A stretch of DNA of 50,886 nucleotides from Nemertoderma westbladi (lineage: Eukaryota > Animalia > Xenacoelomorpha): the NCBI GenBank assembly GCA_032718475.1, contig JAUCBJ010009160.1:1-50886 (forward strand), read 5' to 3'. Of this stretch, positions 13,101 to 28,100 are shown piece by piece. Below the pieces are notes generated by a model. It was not told the origin of the DNA. It did no database searches and saw only the letters and a program-made list of their open reading frames with translations. A program made the position numbers and the translations under genes. Each line of letters begins with the position of its first letter. Positions within the stretch are counted from its first letter, which is position 1.

Positions 13101-16100
13101 GGTCGTGTCTGTCCTTACCCAAGGTCGTGTCTGTCCTTACCCAAGGTCGTGTCTGTACTTACCCAAGGTCGTGTCTGTCCTTACCCAAGGTCGTGTCTGT
13201 CCTTACCCAAGGTCGTGTCTGTCCTTACCCAAGGTCGTGTCTGTCCTTACCCAAGGTCGTGTCTGTCCTTAACCAAGGTCGTGTCTGTCCTTACCCAAGG
13301 TCGTGTCTGTCCTTACCCAAGGTCGTGTCTGTCCTTACCCAAGGTCGTGTCTGTCCTTACCCAAGGTCGTGTCTATCCTTACCCAAGGTCGTGTCTATCC
13401 TTACCCAAGGTCGTGTCTATCCTTACCCAAGGTCGTGTCTATCCTTACCCAAGGTCGTGTCTATCCTTACCCAAGGTCGTGCCTGTCCTTACCCAAGGTC
13501 GTGTCTATCCTTACCCAAGGTCGTGTCTGTCCTTACCCAAGGTCGTGTCTGTCCTTACCCAAGGTCGTGTCTGTCCTTACCCAAGGTCGTGTCTGTCCTT
13601 ACCCAAGGTCGTGCCTGTCCTTACCCAAGATCGTGTCTGTCCTTACCCAAGATCGTGTCTGTCCTTACCCAAGGTCGTGTCTGTCCTTACCCAAGGTCGT
13701 GTCTGTCCTTACCCAAGGTCGTGTCTGTCCTTACCCAAGGTCGTGTCTGTCCTTACCCAAGGTCGTGTCTGTCCTTACCCAAGGTCGTGTCTGTCCTTAC
13801 CCAAGGTCGTGTCTGTACTTACCCAAGGTCGTGTCTGTCCTTACCCAAGGTCGTGTCTGTCCTTACCCAAGGTCGTGTCTGTCCTTACCCAAGGTCGTGT
13901 CTGTCCTTACCCAAGGTCGTGTCTGTCCTTAACCAAGGTCGTGTCTGTCCTTACCCAAGGTCGTGTCTGTCCTTACCCAAGGTCGTGTCTGTCCTTACCC
14001 AAGGTCGTGTCTGTCCTTACCCAAGGTCGTGTCTATCCTTACCCAAGGTCGTGTCTATCCTTACCCAAGGTCGTGTCTGTCCTTACCCAAGGTCGTGTCT
14101 ATCCTTACCCAAGGTCGTGTCTATCCTTACCCAAGGTCGTGTCTATCCTTACCCAAGGTCGTGTCTATCCTTACCCAAGGTCGTGTCTGTCCTTACCCAA
14201 GGTCGTGTCTGTCCTTACCCAAGGTCGTGTCTGTCCTTACCCAAGGTCGTGTCTATCCTTACCCAAGGTCGTGTCTATCCTTACCCAAGGTCGTGTCTAT
14301 CCTTACCCAAGGTCGTGTCTGTCCTTACCCAAGGTCGTGTCTGTCCTTACCCAAGGTCGTGTCTATCCTTACCCTAGGTCGTGTCTATCCTTACCCAAGG
14401 TCGTGTCTATCATTACCCAAGGTCGTGTCTGTCCTTACCCAAGGTCGTGTCTGTCCTTACCCAAGGTCGTGTCTGTCCTTACCCAAGGTCGTGCCTGTCC
14501 TTACCCAAGGTCGTGTCTGTCCTTACCCAAGGTCGTGTCTGTCCTTACCCAAGGTCGTGTCTATCCTTACCCAAGGTCGTGTCTATCTTTACCCAAGGTC
14601 GTGTCTATCCTTACCCAAGGTCGTGTCTATCCTTACCCAAGGTCGTGTCTATCCTTACCCAAGGTCGTGTCTGTCCTTACCCAAGGTCGTGTCTGTCCTT
14701 ACCCAAGGTCGTGTCTGTCCTTACCCAAGGTCGTGCCTGTCCTTACNNNNNNNNNNNNNNNNNNNNNNNNNNNNNNNNNNNNNNNNNNNNNNNNNNNNNN
14801 NNNNNNNNNNNNNNNNNNNNNNNNNNNNNNNNNNNNNNNNNNNNNNTCCTTACCCAAGGTCGTGTCTGTCCTTACCCAAGGTCGTGTCTGTCCTTACCCA
14901 AGGTCGTGTCTATCCTTACCCAAGGTCGTGTCTGTCCTTACCCAAGGTCGTGTCTGTCCTTACCCAAGGTCGTGTCTGTCCTTACCCAAGGTCGTGTCTG
15001 TCCTTACCCAAGGTCGTGCCTGTCCTTACCCAAGATCGTGTCTGTCCTTACCCAAGATCGTGTCTGTCCTTACCCAAGGTCGTGTCTGTCCTTACCCAAG
15101 GTCGTGTCTGTCCTTACCCAAGGTCGTGTCTGTCCTTACCCAAGGTCGTGTCTGTCCTTACCCAAGGTCGTGTCTGTCCTTACCCAAGGTCGTGTCTGTC
15201 CTTACCCAAGGTCGTGTCTGTACTTACCCAAGGTCGTGTCTGTCCTTACCCAAGGTCGTGTCTGTCCTTACCCAAGGTCGTGTCTGTCCTTACCCAAGGT
15301 CGTGTCTGTCCTTACCCAAGGTCGTGTCTGTCCTTAACCAAGGTCGTGTCTGTCCTTACCCAAGGTCGTGTCTGTCCTTACCCAAGGTCGTGTCTGTCCT
15401 TACCCAAGGTCGTGTCTGTCCTTACCCAAGGTCGTGTCTATCCTTACCCAAGGTCGTGTCTATCCTTACCCAAGGTCGTGTCTGTCCTTACCCAAGGTCG
15501 TGTCTATCCTTACCCAAGGTCGTGTCTATCCTTACCCAAGGTCGTGTCTATCCTTACCCAAGGTCGTGTCTATCCTTACCCAAGGTCGTGTCTGTCCTTA
15601 CCCAAGGTCGTGTCTGTCCTTACCCAAGGTCGTGTCTGTCCTTACCCAAGGTCGTGTCTATCCTTACCCAAGGTCGTGTCTATCCTTACCCAAGGTCGTG
15701 TCTATCCTTACCCAAGGTCGTGTCTGTCCTTACCCAAGGTCGTGTCTGTCCTTACCCAAGGTCGTGTCTATCCTTACCCAAGGTCGTGTCTATCCTTACC
15801 CAAGGTCGTGTCTATCATTACCCAAGGTCGTGTCTGTCCTTACCCAAGGTCGTGTCTGTCCTTACCCAAGGTCGTGTCTGTCCTTACCCAAGGTCGTGCC
15901 TGTCCTTACCCAAGGTCGTGTCTGTCCTTACCCAAGGTCGTGTCTGTCCTTACCCAAGGTCTTGTCTATCCTTACCCAAGGTCGTGTCTATCTTTACCCA
16001 AGGTCGTGTCTATCCTTACCCAAGGTCGTGTCTATCCTTACCCAAGGTCGTGTCTATCCTTACCCAAGGTCGTGTCTATCCTTACCCAAGGTCGTGTCTA

Positions 16101-19100
16101 TCCTTACCCAAGGTCGTGTCTATCCTTACCCAAGGTCGTGCCTGTCCTTACCCAAGGTCGTGTCTATCCTTACCCAAGGTCGTGTCTGTCCTTACCCAAG
16201 GTCGTGTCTGTCCTTACCCAAGGTCGTGTCTGTCCTTACCCAAGGTCGTGTCTGTCCTTACCCAAGGTCGTGCCTGTCCTTACCCAAGATCGTGTCTGTC
16301 CTTACCCAAGATCGTGTCTGTCCTTACCCAAGGTCGTGTCTGTCCTTACCCAAGGTCGTGTCTGTCCTTACCCAAGGTCGTGTCTGTCCTTACCCAAGGT
16401 CGTGTCTGTCCTTACCCAAGGTCGTGTCTGTCCTTACCCAAGGTCGTGTCTGTCCTTACCCAAGGTCGTGTCTGTACTTACCCAAGGTCGTGTCTGTCCT
16501 TACCCAAGGTCGTGTCTGTCCTTACCCAAGGTCGTGTCTGTCCTTACCCAAGGTCGTGTCTGTCCTTACCCAAGGTCGTGTCTGTCCTTAACCAAGGTCG
16601 TGTCTGTCCTTACCCAAGGTCGTGTCTGTCCTTACCCAAGGTCGTGTCTGTCCTTACCCAAGGTCGTGTCTGTCCTTACCCAAGGTCGTGTCTATCCTTA
16701 CCCAAGGTCGTGTCTATCCTTACCCAAGGTCGTGTCTATCCTTACCCAAGGTCGTGTCTATCCTTACCCAAGGTCGTGTCTATCCTTACCCAAGGTCGTG
16801 TCTATCCTTACCCAAGGTCGTGTCTATCCTTACCCAAGGTCGTGTCTGTCCTTACCCAAGGTCGTGTCTGTCCTTACCCAAGGTCGTGTCTGTCCTTACC
16901 CAAGGTCGTGTCTGTCCTTACCCAAGGTCGTGTCTGTCCTTACCCAAGGTCGTGTCTGTCCTTACCCAAGGTCGTGTCTGTCCTTACCCAAGGTCGTGTC
17001 TGTCCTTACCCAAGGTCGTGTCTGTCCTTACCCAAGGTCGTGTCTGTCCTTACCCAAGGTCGTGTCTGTCCTTACCCAAGGTCGTGTCTGTCCTTACCCA
17101 AGGTCGTGTCTGTCCTTACCCAAGGTCGTGTCTGTCCTTACCCAAGGTCGTGTCTGTCCTTACCCAAGGTCGTGTCTGTCCTTACCCAAGGTCGTGTCTG
17201 TCCTTACCCAAGGTCGTGTCTGTCCTTACCCAAGGTCGTGTCTGTCCTTACCCAAGGTCGTGTCTGTCCTTACCCAAGGTCGTGTCTGTCCTTACCCAAG
17301 GTCGTGTCTGTCCTTACCCAAGGTCGTGTCTGTCCTTACCCAAGGTCGTGTCTGTCCTTACCCAAGGTCGTGTCTGTCCTTACCCAAGGTCGTGTCTGTC
17401 CTTACCCAAGGTCGTGTCTATCCTTACCCAAGGTCGTGTCTATCCTTACCCAAGGTCGTGTCTGTCCTTACCCAAGGTCGTGTCTGTCCTTACCCAAGGT
17501 CGTGTCTGTCCTTACCCAAGGTCGTGTCTATCCTTACCCAAGGTCGTGTCTATCCTTACCCAAGGTCGTGTCTATCCTTACCCAAGGTCGTGTCTGTCCT
17601 TACCCAAGGTCGTGTCTGTCCTTACCCAAGGTCGTGTCTGTCCTTACCCAAGGTCGTGTCTGTCCTTACCCAAGGTCGTGTCTATCCTTACCCAAGGTCG
17701 TGTCTATCCTTACCCAAGGTCGTGTCTATCCTTACCCAAGGTCGTGTCTGTCCTTACCCAAGGTCGTGTCTGTCCTTACCCAAGGTCGTGTCTGTCCTTA
17801 CCCAAGGTCGTGCCTGTCCTTACCCAAGGTCGTGTCTGTCCTTACCCAAGGTCGTGTCTGTCCTTACCCAAGGTCGTGTCTATCCTTACCCAAGGTCGTG
17901 TCTATCTTTACCCAAGGTCGTGTCTATCCTTACCCAAGGTCGTGTCTATCCTTACCCAAGGTCGTGTCTATCCTTACCCAAGGTCGTGTCTGTCCTTACC
18001 CAAGGTCGTGTCTGTCCTTACCCAAGGTCGTGTCTGTCCTTACCCAAGGTCGTGCCTGTCCTTACCCAAGGTCGTGTCTATCCTTACCCAAGGTCGTGTC
18101 TGTCCTTACCCAAGGTCGTGTCTGTCCTTACCCAAGGTCGTGTCTGTCCTTACCCAAGGTCGTGTCTGTCCTTACCCAAGGTCGTGTCTGTCCTTACCCA
18201 AGGTCGTGTCTGTCCTTACCCAAGGTCGTGTCTGTCCTTACCCAAGGTCGTGTCTGTCCTTACCCAAGGTCGTGTCTGTCCTTACCCAAGGTCGTGTCTG
18301 TCCTTACCCAAGGTCGTGTCTGTCCTTACCCAAGGTCGTGTCTGTCCTTACCCAAGGTCGTGTCTGTCCTTACCCAAGGTCGTGTCTGTCCTTACCCAAG
18401 GTCGTGTCTGTCCTTACCCAAGGTCGTGTCTGTCCTTACCCAAGGTCGTGTCTGTCCTTACCCAAGGTCGTGTCTGTCCTTACCCAAGGTCGTGTCTGTC
18501 CTTACCCAAGGTCGTGTCTGTCCTTACCCAAGGTCGTGTCTGTCCTTACCCAAGGTCGTGTCTGTCCTCACCTAAGGTCGTGTCTGTCCTTACCCAAGGT
18601 CGTGTATGTCCTTACCCAAGGTCGTGTCTGTCCTCACCCAAGGTCGTGTCTGTCCTTACACAAGGTCGTGTCTATCCTTACCCAAGGTCGTGTCTGTCCT
18701 TACCCAAGGTCGTGTCTGTCCTTACCCAAGGTCGTGTCTGTCCTTACCCAAGGTCGTGCCTGTCCTTACCCAAGGTCGTGTCTGTCCTTACCCAAGGTCG
18801 TGTCTGTCCTTACCCAAGGTCGTGTCTATCCTTACCCAAGGTCGTGTCTATCCTTACCCAAGGTCGTGTCTATCCTTACCCAAGGTCGTGTCTATCCTTA
18901 CCCAAGGTCGTGCCTGTCCTTACCCAAGGTCGTGTCTATCCTTACCCAAGGTCGTGTCTGTCCTTACCCAAGGTCGTGTCTGTCCTTACCCAAGGTCGTG
19001 TCTGTCCTTACCCAAGGTCGTGTCTGTCCTTACCCAAGGTCGTGCCTGTCCTTACCCAAGATCGTGTCTGTCCTTACCCAAGATCGTGTCTGTCCTTACC

Positions 19101-22100
19101 CAAGGTCGTGTCTGTCCTTACCCAAGGTCGTGTCTGTCCTTACCCAAGGTCGTGTCTGTCCTTACCCAAGGTCGTGTCTGTCCTTACCCAAGGTCGTGTC
19201 TGTCCTTACCCAAGGTCGTGTCTGTCCTTACCCAAGGTCGTGTCTGTACTTACCCAAGGTCGTGTCTGTCCTTACCCAAGGTCGTGTCTGTCCTTACCCA
19301 AGGTCGTGTCTGTCCTTACCCAAGGTCGTGTCTGTCCTTACCCAAGGTCGTGTCTGTCCTTAACCAAGGTCGTGTCTGTCCTTACCCAAGGTCGTGTCTG
19401 TCCTTACCCAAGGTCGTGTCTGTCCTTACCCAAGGTCGTGTCTGTCCTTACCCAAGGTCGTGTCTATCCTTACCCAAGGTCGTGTCTATCCTTACCCAAG
19501 GTCGTGTCTGTCCTTACCCAAGGTCGTGTCTATCCTTACCCAAGGTCGTGTCTATCCTTACCCAAGGTCGTGTCTATCCTTACCCAAGGTCGTGTCTATC
19601 CTTACCCAAGGTCGTGTCTGTCCTTACCCAAGGTCGTGTCTGTCCTTACCCAAGGTCGTGTCTGTCCTTACCCAAGGTCGTGTCTATCCTTACCCAAGGT
19701 CGTGTCTATCCTTACCCAAGGTCGTGTCTATCCTTACCCAAGGTCGTGTCTGTCCTTACCCAAGGTCGTGTCTGTCCTTACCCAAGGTCGTGTCTATCCT
19801 TACCCAAGGTCGTGTCTATCCTTACCCAAGGTCGTGTCTATCATTACCCAAGGTCGTGTCTGTCCTTACCCAAGGTCGTGTCTGTCCTTACCCAAGGTCG
19901 TGTCTGTCCTTACCCAAGGTCGTGCCTGTCCTTACCCAAGGTCGTGTCTGTCCTTACCCAAGGTCGTGTCTGTCCTTACCCAAGGTCTTGTCTATCCTTA
20001 CCCAAGGTCGTGTCTATCTTTACCCAAGGTCGTGTCTATCCTTACCCAAGGTCGTGTCTATCCTTACCCAAGGTCGTGTCTATCCTTACCCAAGGTCGTG
20101 TCTATCCTTACCCAAGGTCGTGTCTATCCTTACCCAAGGTCGTGTCTATCCTTACCCAAGGTCGTGCCTGTCCTTACCCAAGGTCGTGTCTATCCTTACC
20201 CAAGGTCGTGTCTGTCCTTACCCAAGGTCGTGTCTGTCCTTACCCAAGGTCGTGTCTGTCCTTACCCAAGGTCGTGTCTGTCCTTACCCAAGGTCGTGCC
20301 TGTCCTTACCCAAGATCGTGTCTGTCCTTACCCAAGATCGTGTCTGTCCTTACCCAAGGTCGTGTCTGTCCTTACCCAAGGTCGTGTCTGTCCTTACCCA
20401 AGGTCGTGTCTGTCCTTACCCAAGGTTGTGTCTGTCCTTACCCAAGGTCGTGTCTGTCCTTACCCAAGGTCGTGTCTGTCCTTACCCAAGGTCGTGTCTG
20501 TACTTACCCAAGGTCGTGTCTGTCCTTACCCAAGGTCGTGTCTGTCCTTACCCAAGGTCGTGTCTGTCCTTACCCAAGGTCGTGTCTGTCCTTACCCAAG
20601 GTCGTGTCTGTCCTTAACCAAGGTCGTGTCTGTCCTTACCCAAGGTCGTGTCTGTCCTTACCCAAGGTCGTGTCTGTCCTTACCCAAGGTCGTGTCTGTC
20701 CTTACCCAAGGTCGTGTCTATCCTTACCCAAGGTCGTGTCTATCCTTACCCAAGGTCGTGTCTGTCCTTACCCAAGGTCGTGTCTATCCTTACCCAAGGT
20801 CGTGTCTATCCTTACCCAAGGTCGTGTCTATCCTTACCCAAGGTCGTGTCTATCCTTACCCAAGGTCGTGTCTGTCCTTACCCAAGGTCGTGTCTGTCCT
20901 TACCCAAGGTCGTGTCTGTCCTTACCCAAGGTCGTGTCTATCCTTACCCAAGGTCGTGTCTATCCTTACCCAAGGTCGTGTCTATCCTTACCCAAGGTCG
21001 TGTCTGTCCTTACCCAAGGTCGTGTCTGTCCTTACCCAAGGTCGTGTCTATCCTTACCCTAGGTCGTGTCTATCCTTACCCAAGGTCGTGTCTATCATTA
21101 CCCAAGGTCGTGTCTGTCCTTACCCAAGGTCGTGTCTGTCCTTACCCAAGGTCGTGTCTGTCCTTACCCAAGGTCGTGCCTGTCCTTACCCAAGGTCGTG
21201 TCTGTCCTTACCCAAGGTCGTGTCTGTCCTTACCCAAGGTCGTGTCTATCCTTACCCAAGTTCGTGTCTATCTTTACCCAAGGTCGTGTCTATCCTTACC
21301 CAAGGTCGTGTCTATCCTTACCCAAGGTCGTGTCTATCCTTACCCAAGGTCGTGTCTGTCCTTACCCAAGGTCGTGTCTGTCCTTACCCAAGGTCGTGTC
21401 TGTCCTTACCCAAGGTCGTGCCTGTCCTTACCCAAGGTCGTGTCTATCCTTACCCAAGGTCGTGTCTATCCTTACCCAAGGTCGTGTCTGTCCTTACCCA
21501 AGGTCGTGTCTGTCCTTACCCAAGGTCGTGTCTGTCCTTACCCAAGGTCGTGTCTATCCTTACCCAAGGTCGTGTCTATCCTTACCCAAGGTCGTGTCTA
21601 TCCTTACCCAAGGTCGTGTCTGTCCTTACCCAAGGTCGTGTCTGTCCTTACCCAAGGTCGTGTCTGTCCTTACCCAAGGTCGTGCCTGTCCTTACCCAAG
21701 GTCGTGTCTATCCTTACCCAAGGTCGTGTCTATCCTTACCCAAGGTCGTGTCTATCCTTACCCAAGGTCGTGTCTGTCCTTACCCAAGGTCGTGTCTGTC
21801 CTTACCCAAGGTCGTGTCTGTCCTTACCCAAGGTCGTGCCTGTCCTTACCCAAGGTCGTGTCTGTCCTTACCCAAGGTCGTGTCTGTCCTTACCCAAGGT
21901 CGTGTCTATCCTTACCCAAGGTCGTGTCTATCTTTACCCAAGGTCGTGTCTATCCTTACCCAAGGTCGTGTCTATCCTTACCCAAGGTCGTGTCTATCCT
22001 TACCCAAGGTCGTGTCTGTCCTTACCCAAGGTCGTGTCTGTCCTTACCCAAGGTCGTGTCTGTCCTTACCCAAGGTCGTGCCTGTCCTTACCCAAGGTCG

Positions 22101-25100
22101 TGTCTATCCTTACCCAAGGTCGTGTCTGTCCTTACCCAAGGTCGTGTCTGTCCTTACCCAAGGTCGTGTCTGTCCTTACTCAAGGTCGTGCCTGTCCTTA
22201 CCCAAGGTCGTGTCTGTCCTTACCTAAGGTCGTGTCTGTCCTTACCCAAGGTCGTGTCTGTCCTTACCCAAGGTCGTGTCTATCCTTACCCAAGGTCGTG
22301 TCTATCCTTACCCAAGGTCGTGTCTATCCTTACCCAAGGTCGTGTCTATCCTTACCCAAGGTCGTGTCTATCCTTACCCAAGGTCGTGTCTGTCCTTACC
22401 CAAGGTCGTGTCTGTCCTTACCCAAGGTCGTGTCTGTCCTTACCCAAGGTCGTGCCTGTCCTTACCCAAGGTCGTGTCTATCCTTACCCAAGGTCGTGTC
22501 TATCCTTACCCAAGGTCGTGTCTATCCTTACCCAAGGTCGTATCTGTCCTTACCCAAGGTCGTGTCTGTCATTACCCAAGGTCGTGTCTGTCCTTACCCA
22601 AGGTCGTGCCTGTCCTTACCCAAGGTCGTGTCTGTCCTTACCCAAGGTCGTGTCTGTCCTCCTTACCCAAGGTCGTGTCTGTCCTTACCCAAGGTCGTGC
22701 CTGTCCTCACCCAAGGTCGTGTCTGTCCTTACCCAAGGTCGTGTCTGTCCTTACCCAACGTCGTGTCTGTCCTTACCCAAGGTCGTGTCTGTCCTTACCC
22801 AAGGTCGTGTCTGTCCTTACCCAAGGTCGTGTCTGTCCTTACCCAAGGTCGTGTCTATCCTTACCCAAGGTCGTGTCTATCCTTACCCAAGGTCGTGTCT
22901 ATCCTTACCCAAGATCGTGTCTGTCCTTACCCAAGATCGTGTCTGTCCTTACCCAAGGTCGTGTCTGTCCTTACCCAAGGTCGTGTCTGTCCTTACCCAA
23001 GGTCGTGTCTGTCCTTACCCAAGGTCGTGTCTGTCCTCACCCAAGGTCGTGTCTATCCTTACCCAAGGTCGTGTCTATCCTTACCCAAGGTCGTGTCTGT
23101 CCTTACCCAAGGTCGTGTCTGTCCTTACCCAAGGTCGTGTCTGTCCTTACCCAAAGTCGTGTCTGTCCTTACCCAAGGTCGTGTCTGTCCTTACCCAAGG
23201 TCGTGTCTGTCCTTACCCAAGGTCGTGTCTGTCCTTACCCAAGGTCTTGTCTGTCCTTACCCAAGGTCGTGTCTGTCCTTACCCAAGGTCGTGTCTGTCC
23301 TTACCCAAGGTCGTGTCTGTCCTTACCCAAGATCGTGTCTGTCCTTACCCAAGGTCGTGTCTGTCCTTACCCAATGTCGTGTCTGTCCTCACCTAAGGTC
23401 GTGTCTGTCCTTACCCAAGGTCGTGTATGTCCTTACCCAAGGTCGTGTCTGTCCTCACCCAAGGTCGTGTCTGTCCTTACACAAGGTCGTATCTGTCCTT
23501 ACCCAAGGTCGTGTCTGTCCTTACCCAAGGTCGTGTCTATCCTTACCCAAGGTCGTGTCTATCCTTACCCAAGATCGTGTCTGTCCTTACCCAAGATCGT
23601 GTCTGTCCTTACCCAAGGTCGTGTCTGTCCTTACCCAAGGTCGTGTCTGTCCTTACCCAAGGTCGTGTCTGTCCTTACCCAAGGTCGTGTCTGTCCTCAC
23701 CCAAGGTCGTGTCTATCCTTACCCAAGGTCGTGTCTATCCTTACCCAAGGTCGTGTCTGTCCTTACCCAAGGTCGTGTCTGTCCTTACCCAAGGTCGTGT
23801 CTGTCCTTACCCAAAGTCGTGTCTGTCCTTACCCAAGGTCGTGTCTGTCCTTACCCAAGGTCGTGTCTGTCCTTACCCAAGGTCGTGTCTGTCCTTACCC
23901 AAGGTCTTGTCTGTCCTTACCCAAGGTCGTGTCTGTCCTTACCCAAGGTCGTGTCTGTCCTTACCCAAGGTCGTGTCTGTCCTTACCCAAGATCGTGTCT
24001 GTCCTTACCCAAGGTCGTGTCTGTCCTTACCCAATGTCGTGTCTGTCCTCACCTAAGGTCGTGTCTGTCCTTACCCAAGGTCGTGTATGTCCTTACCCAA
24101 GGTCGTGTCTGTCCTTACCCAAGATCGTGTCTGTCCTTACCCAAGGTCGTGTCTGTCCTTACCCAAGGTGGTGTCTGTCCTTACCCAAGGTCGTGTCTGT
24201 CCTTACCCAAGGTCGTGTCTGTCCTTACCCAAGGTCGTGTCTGTCCTTACCCAAGATCGTGTCTGTCCTTACCCAAGGTCGTGTCTATCCTTACCCAAGG
24301 TCGTGTCTATCCTTACCCAAGGTCGTGTCTATCCTTACCCAAGGTCGTGTCTGTCCTTACCCAAGGTCGTGTCTGTCCTTACCCAAGGTCGTGTCTGTCC
24401 TCACCCAAGGTCGTGTCTGTCCTTACACAAGGTCGTGTCTGTCCTTACCCAAGGTCGTGTCTGTCCTTACCCAAGGTCGTGTCTGTCCTTACCCAAGGTC
24501 GTGTCTGTCCTTACCCAAGGTCGTGTCTGTCTTTACCCAAGGTCGTGTCTGTCCTTACCCAAGGTCGTGTCTGTCCTTACCCAAGGTCGTGTCTGTCCTT
24601 ACCCAAGGTCGTGTCTATCCTTACCCAAGGTCGTGTCTGTCCTTACCCAAGGTCGTGTCTGTCCTTACCCAAGGTCGTGTCTATCCTTACCCAAGGTCGT
24701 GTCTATCCTTACCCAAGATCGTGTCTGTCCTTACCCAAGGTCGTGTCTGTCCTTACCCAAGGTCGTGTCTGTCCTTACCCAAGGTCGTGTTTGTCCTTAC
24801 CCAAGATCGTGTCTGTCCTTACCCAAGGTCGTGTCTGTCCTTACCCAAGGTCGTGTCTGTCCTTACCCAAGGTCGTGTCTGTCCTTACCCAAGGTCGTGT
24901 CTATCCTTACCCAAGGTCGTGTCTGTCCTTACCCAAGGTCGTGTCTGTCCTTACCCAAGGTCGTGTCTGTCCTTACCCAAGGTCGTGTCTATCCTTACCC
25001 AAGGTCGTGTCTATCCTTACCCAAGATCGTGTCTGTCCTTACCCAAGGTCGTGTCTGTCCTTACCCAAGGTCGTGTCTGTCCTTACCCAAGGTCGTGTCT

Positions 25101-28100
25101 GTCCTTACCCAAGGTCGTGTCTGTCCTTACCCAAGGTCGTGTCTGTCCTTACCCAAGGTCGTGTCTGTCCTCACCCAAGGTCGTGTCTGTCCTTACCCAA
25201 GGTCGTGTCTATCCTTACCCAAGGTCGTGTCTATCCTTACCCAAGGTCGTGTCTGTCCTTACCCAAGGTCGTGTCTGTCCTTACCCAAGGTCGTGTCTGT
25301 CCTTACCCAAGGTCGTGTCTATCCTTACCCAAGGTCGTGTCTATCCTTACCCAAGGTCGTGTCTGTCCTTACCCAAGGTCGTGTCTATCCTTACCCAAGG
25401 TCGTGTCTGTCCTTACCCAAGGTCGTGTCTGTCCTTACCCAAGGTCGTGTCTGTCCTTACCCAAGGTCGTGCCTGTCCTTACCCAAGGTCGTGTCTGTCC
25501 TTACCCAAGGTCGTGTCTGTCCTTACCCAAGGTCGTGTCTATCCTTACCCAAGGTCGTGTCTATCTTTACCCAAGGTCGTGTCTATCCTTACCCAAGGTC
25601 GTGTCTATCCTTACCCAAGGTCGTGTCTATCCTTACCCAAGGTCGTGTCTATCCTTACCCAAGGTCGTGTCTATCCTTACCCAAGGTCGTGTCTATCCTT
25701 ACCCAAGGTCGTGCCTGTCCTTACCCAAGGTCGTGTCTATCCTTACCCAAGGTCGTGTCTGTCCTTACCCAAGGTCGTGTCTGTCCTTACCCAAGGTCGT
25801 GTCTGTCCTTACCCAAGGTCGTGTCTGTCCTTACCCAAGGTCGTGCCTGTCCTTACCCAAGATCGTGTCTGTCCTTACCCAAGATCGTGTCTGTCCTTAC
25901 CCAAGGTCGTGTCTGTCCTTACCCAAGGTCGTGTCTGTCCTTACCCAAGGTCGTGTCTGTCCTTACCCAAGGTCGTGTCTGTCCTTACCCAAGGTCGTGT
26001 CTGTCCTTACCCAAGGTCGTGTCTGTCCTTACCCAAGGTCGTGTCTGTACTTACCCAAGGTCGTGTCTGTCCTTACCCAAGGTCGTGTCTGTCCTTACCC
26101 AAGGTCGTGTCTGTCCTTACCCAAGGTCGTGTCTGTCCTTACCCAAGGTCGTGTCTGTCCTTAACCAAGGTCGTGTCTGTCCTTACCCAAGGTCGTGTCT
26201 GTCCTTACCCAAGGTCGTGTCTGTCCTTACCCAAGGTCGTGTCTGTCCTTACCCAAGGTCGTGTCTATCCTTACCCAAGGTCGTGTCTATCCTTACCCAA
26301 GGTCGTGTCTGTCCTTACCCAAGGTCGTGTCTATCCTTACCCAAGGTCGTGTCTATCCTTACCCAAGGTCGTGTCTATCCTTACCCAAGGTCGTGTCTAT
26401 CCTTACCCAAGGTCGTGTCTGTCCTTACCCAAGGTCGTGTCTGTCCTTACCCAAGGTCGTGTCTGTCCTTACCCAAGGTCGTGTCTATCCTTACCCAAGG
26501 TCGTGTCTATCCTTACCCAAGGTCGTGTCTATCCTTACCCAAGGTCGTGTCTGTCCTTACCCAAGGTCGTGTCTGTCCTTACCCAAGGTCGTGTCTATCC
26601 TTACCCTAGGTCGTGTCTATCCTTACCCAAGGTCGTGTCTATCATTACCCAAGGTCGTGTCTGTCCTTACCCAAGGTCGTGTCTGTCCTTACCCAAGGTC
26701 GTGTCTGTCCTTACCCAAGGTCGTGCCTGTCCTTACCCAAGGTCGTGTCTGTCCTTACCCAAGGTCGTGTCTGTCCTTACCCAAGGTCGTGTCTATCCTT
26801 ACCCAAGGTCGTGTCTATCTTTACCCAAGGTCGTGTCTATCCTTACCCAAGGTCGTGTCTATCCTTACCCAAGGTCGTGTCTATCCTTACCCAAGGTCGT
26901 GTCTGTCCTTACCCAAGGTCGTGTCTGTCCTTACCCAAGGTCGTGTCTGTCCTTACCCAAGGTCGTGCCTGTCCTTACCCAAGGTCGTGTCTATCCTTAC
27001 CCAAGGTCGTGTCTATCCTTACCCAAGGTCGTGTCTGTCCTTACCCAAGGTCGTGTCTGTCCTTACCCAAGGTCGTGTCTGTCCTTACCCAAGGTCGTGT
27101 CTATCCTTACCCAAGGTCGTGTCTATCCTTACCCAAGGTCGTGTCTATCCTTACCCAAGGTCGTGTCTGTCCTTACCCAAGGTCGTGTCTGTCCTTACCC
27201 AAGGTCGTGTCTGTCCTTACCCAAGGTCGTGCCTGTCCTTACCCAAGGTCGTGTCTATCCTTACCCAAGGTCGTGTCTATCCTTACCCAAGGTCGTGTCT
27301 ATCCTTACCCAAGGTCGTGTCTGTCCTTACCCAAGGTCGTGTCTGTCCTTACCCAAGGTCGTGTCTGTCCTTACCCAAGGTCGTGCCTGTCCTTACCCAA
27401 GGTCGTGTCTGTCCTTACCCAAGGTCGTGTCTGTCCTTACCCAAGGTCGTGTCTATCCTTACCCAAGGTCGTGTCTATCTTTACCCAAGGTCGTGTCTAT
27501 CCTTACCCAAGGTCGTGTCTATCCTTACCCAAGGTCGTGTCTATCCTTACCCAAGGTCGTGTCTGTCCTTACCCAAGGTCGTGTCTGTCCTTACCCAAGG
27601 TCGTGTCTGTCCTTACCCAAGGTCGTGCCTGTCCTTACCCAAGGTCGTGTCTATCCTTACCCAAGGTCGTGTCTGTCCTTACCCAAGGTCGTGTCTGTCC
27701 TTACCCAAGGTCGTGTCTGTCCTTACCCAAGGTCGTGCCTGTCCTTACCCAAGGTCGTGTCTGTCCTTACCTAAGGTCGTGTCTGTCCTTACCCAAGGTC
27801 GTGTCTGTCCTTACCCAAGGTCGTGTCTATCCTTACCCAAGGTCGTGTCTATCCTTACCCAAGGTCGTGTCTATCCTTACCCAAGGTCGTGTCTATCCTT
27901 ACCCAAGGTCGTGTCTGTCCTTACCCAAGGTCGTGTCTGTCCTTACCCAAGGTCGTGTCTGTCCTTACCCAAGGTCGTGCCTGTCCTTACCCAAGGTCGT
28001 GTCTATCCTTACCCAAGGTCGTGTCTATCCTTACCCAAGGTCGTGTCTATCCTTACCCAAGGTCGTATCTGTCCTTACCCAAGGTCGTGTCTGTCATTAC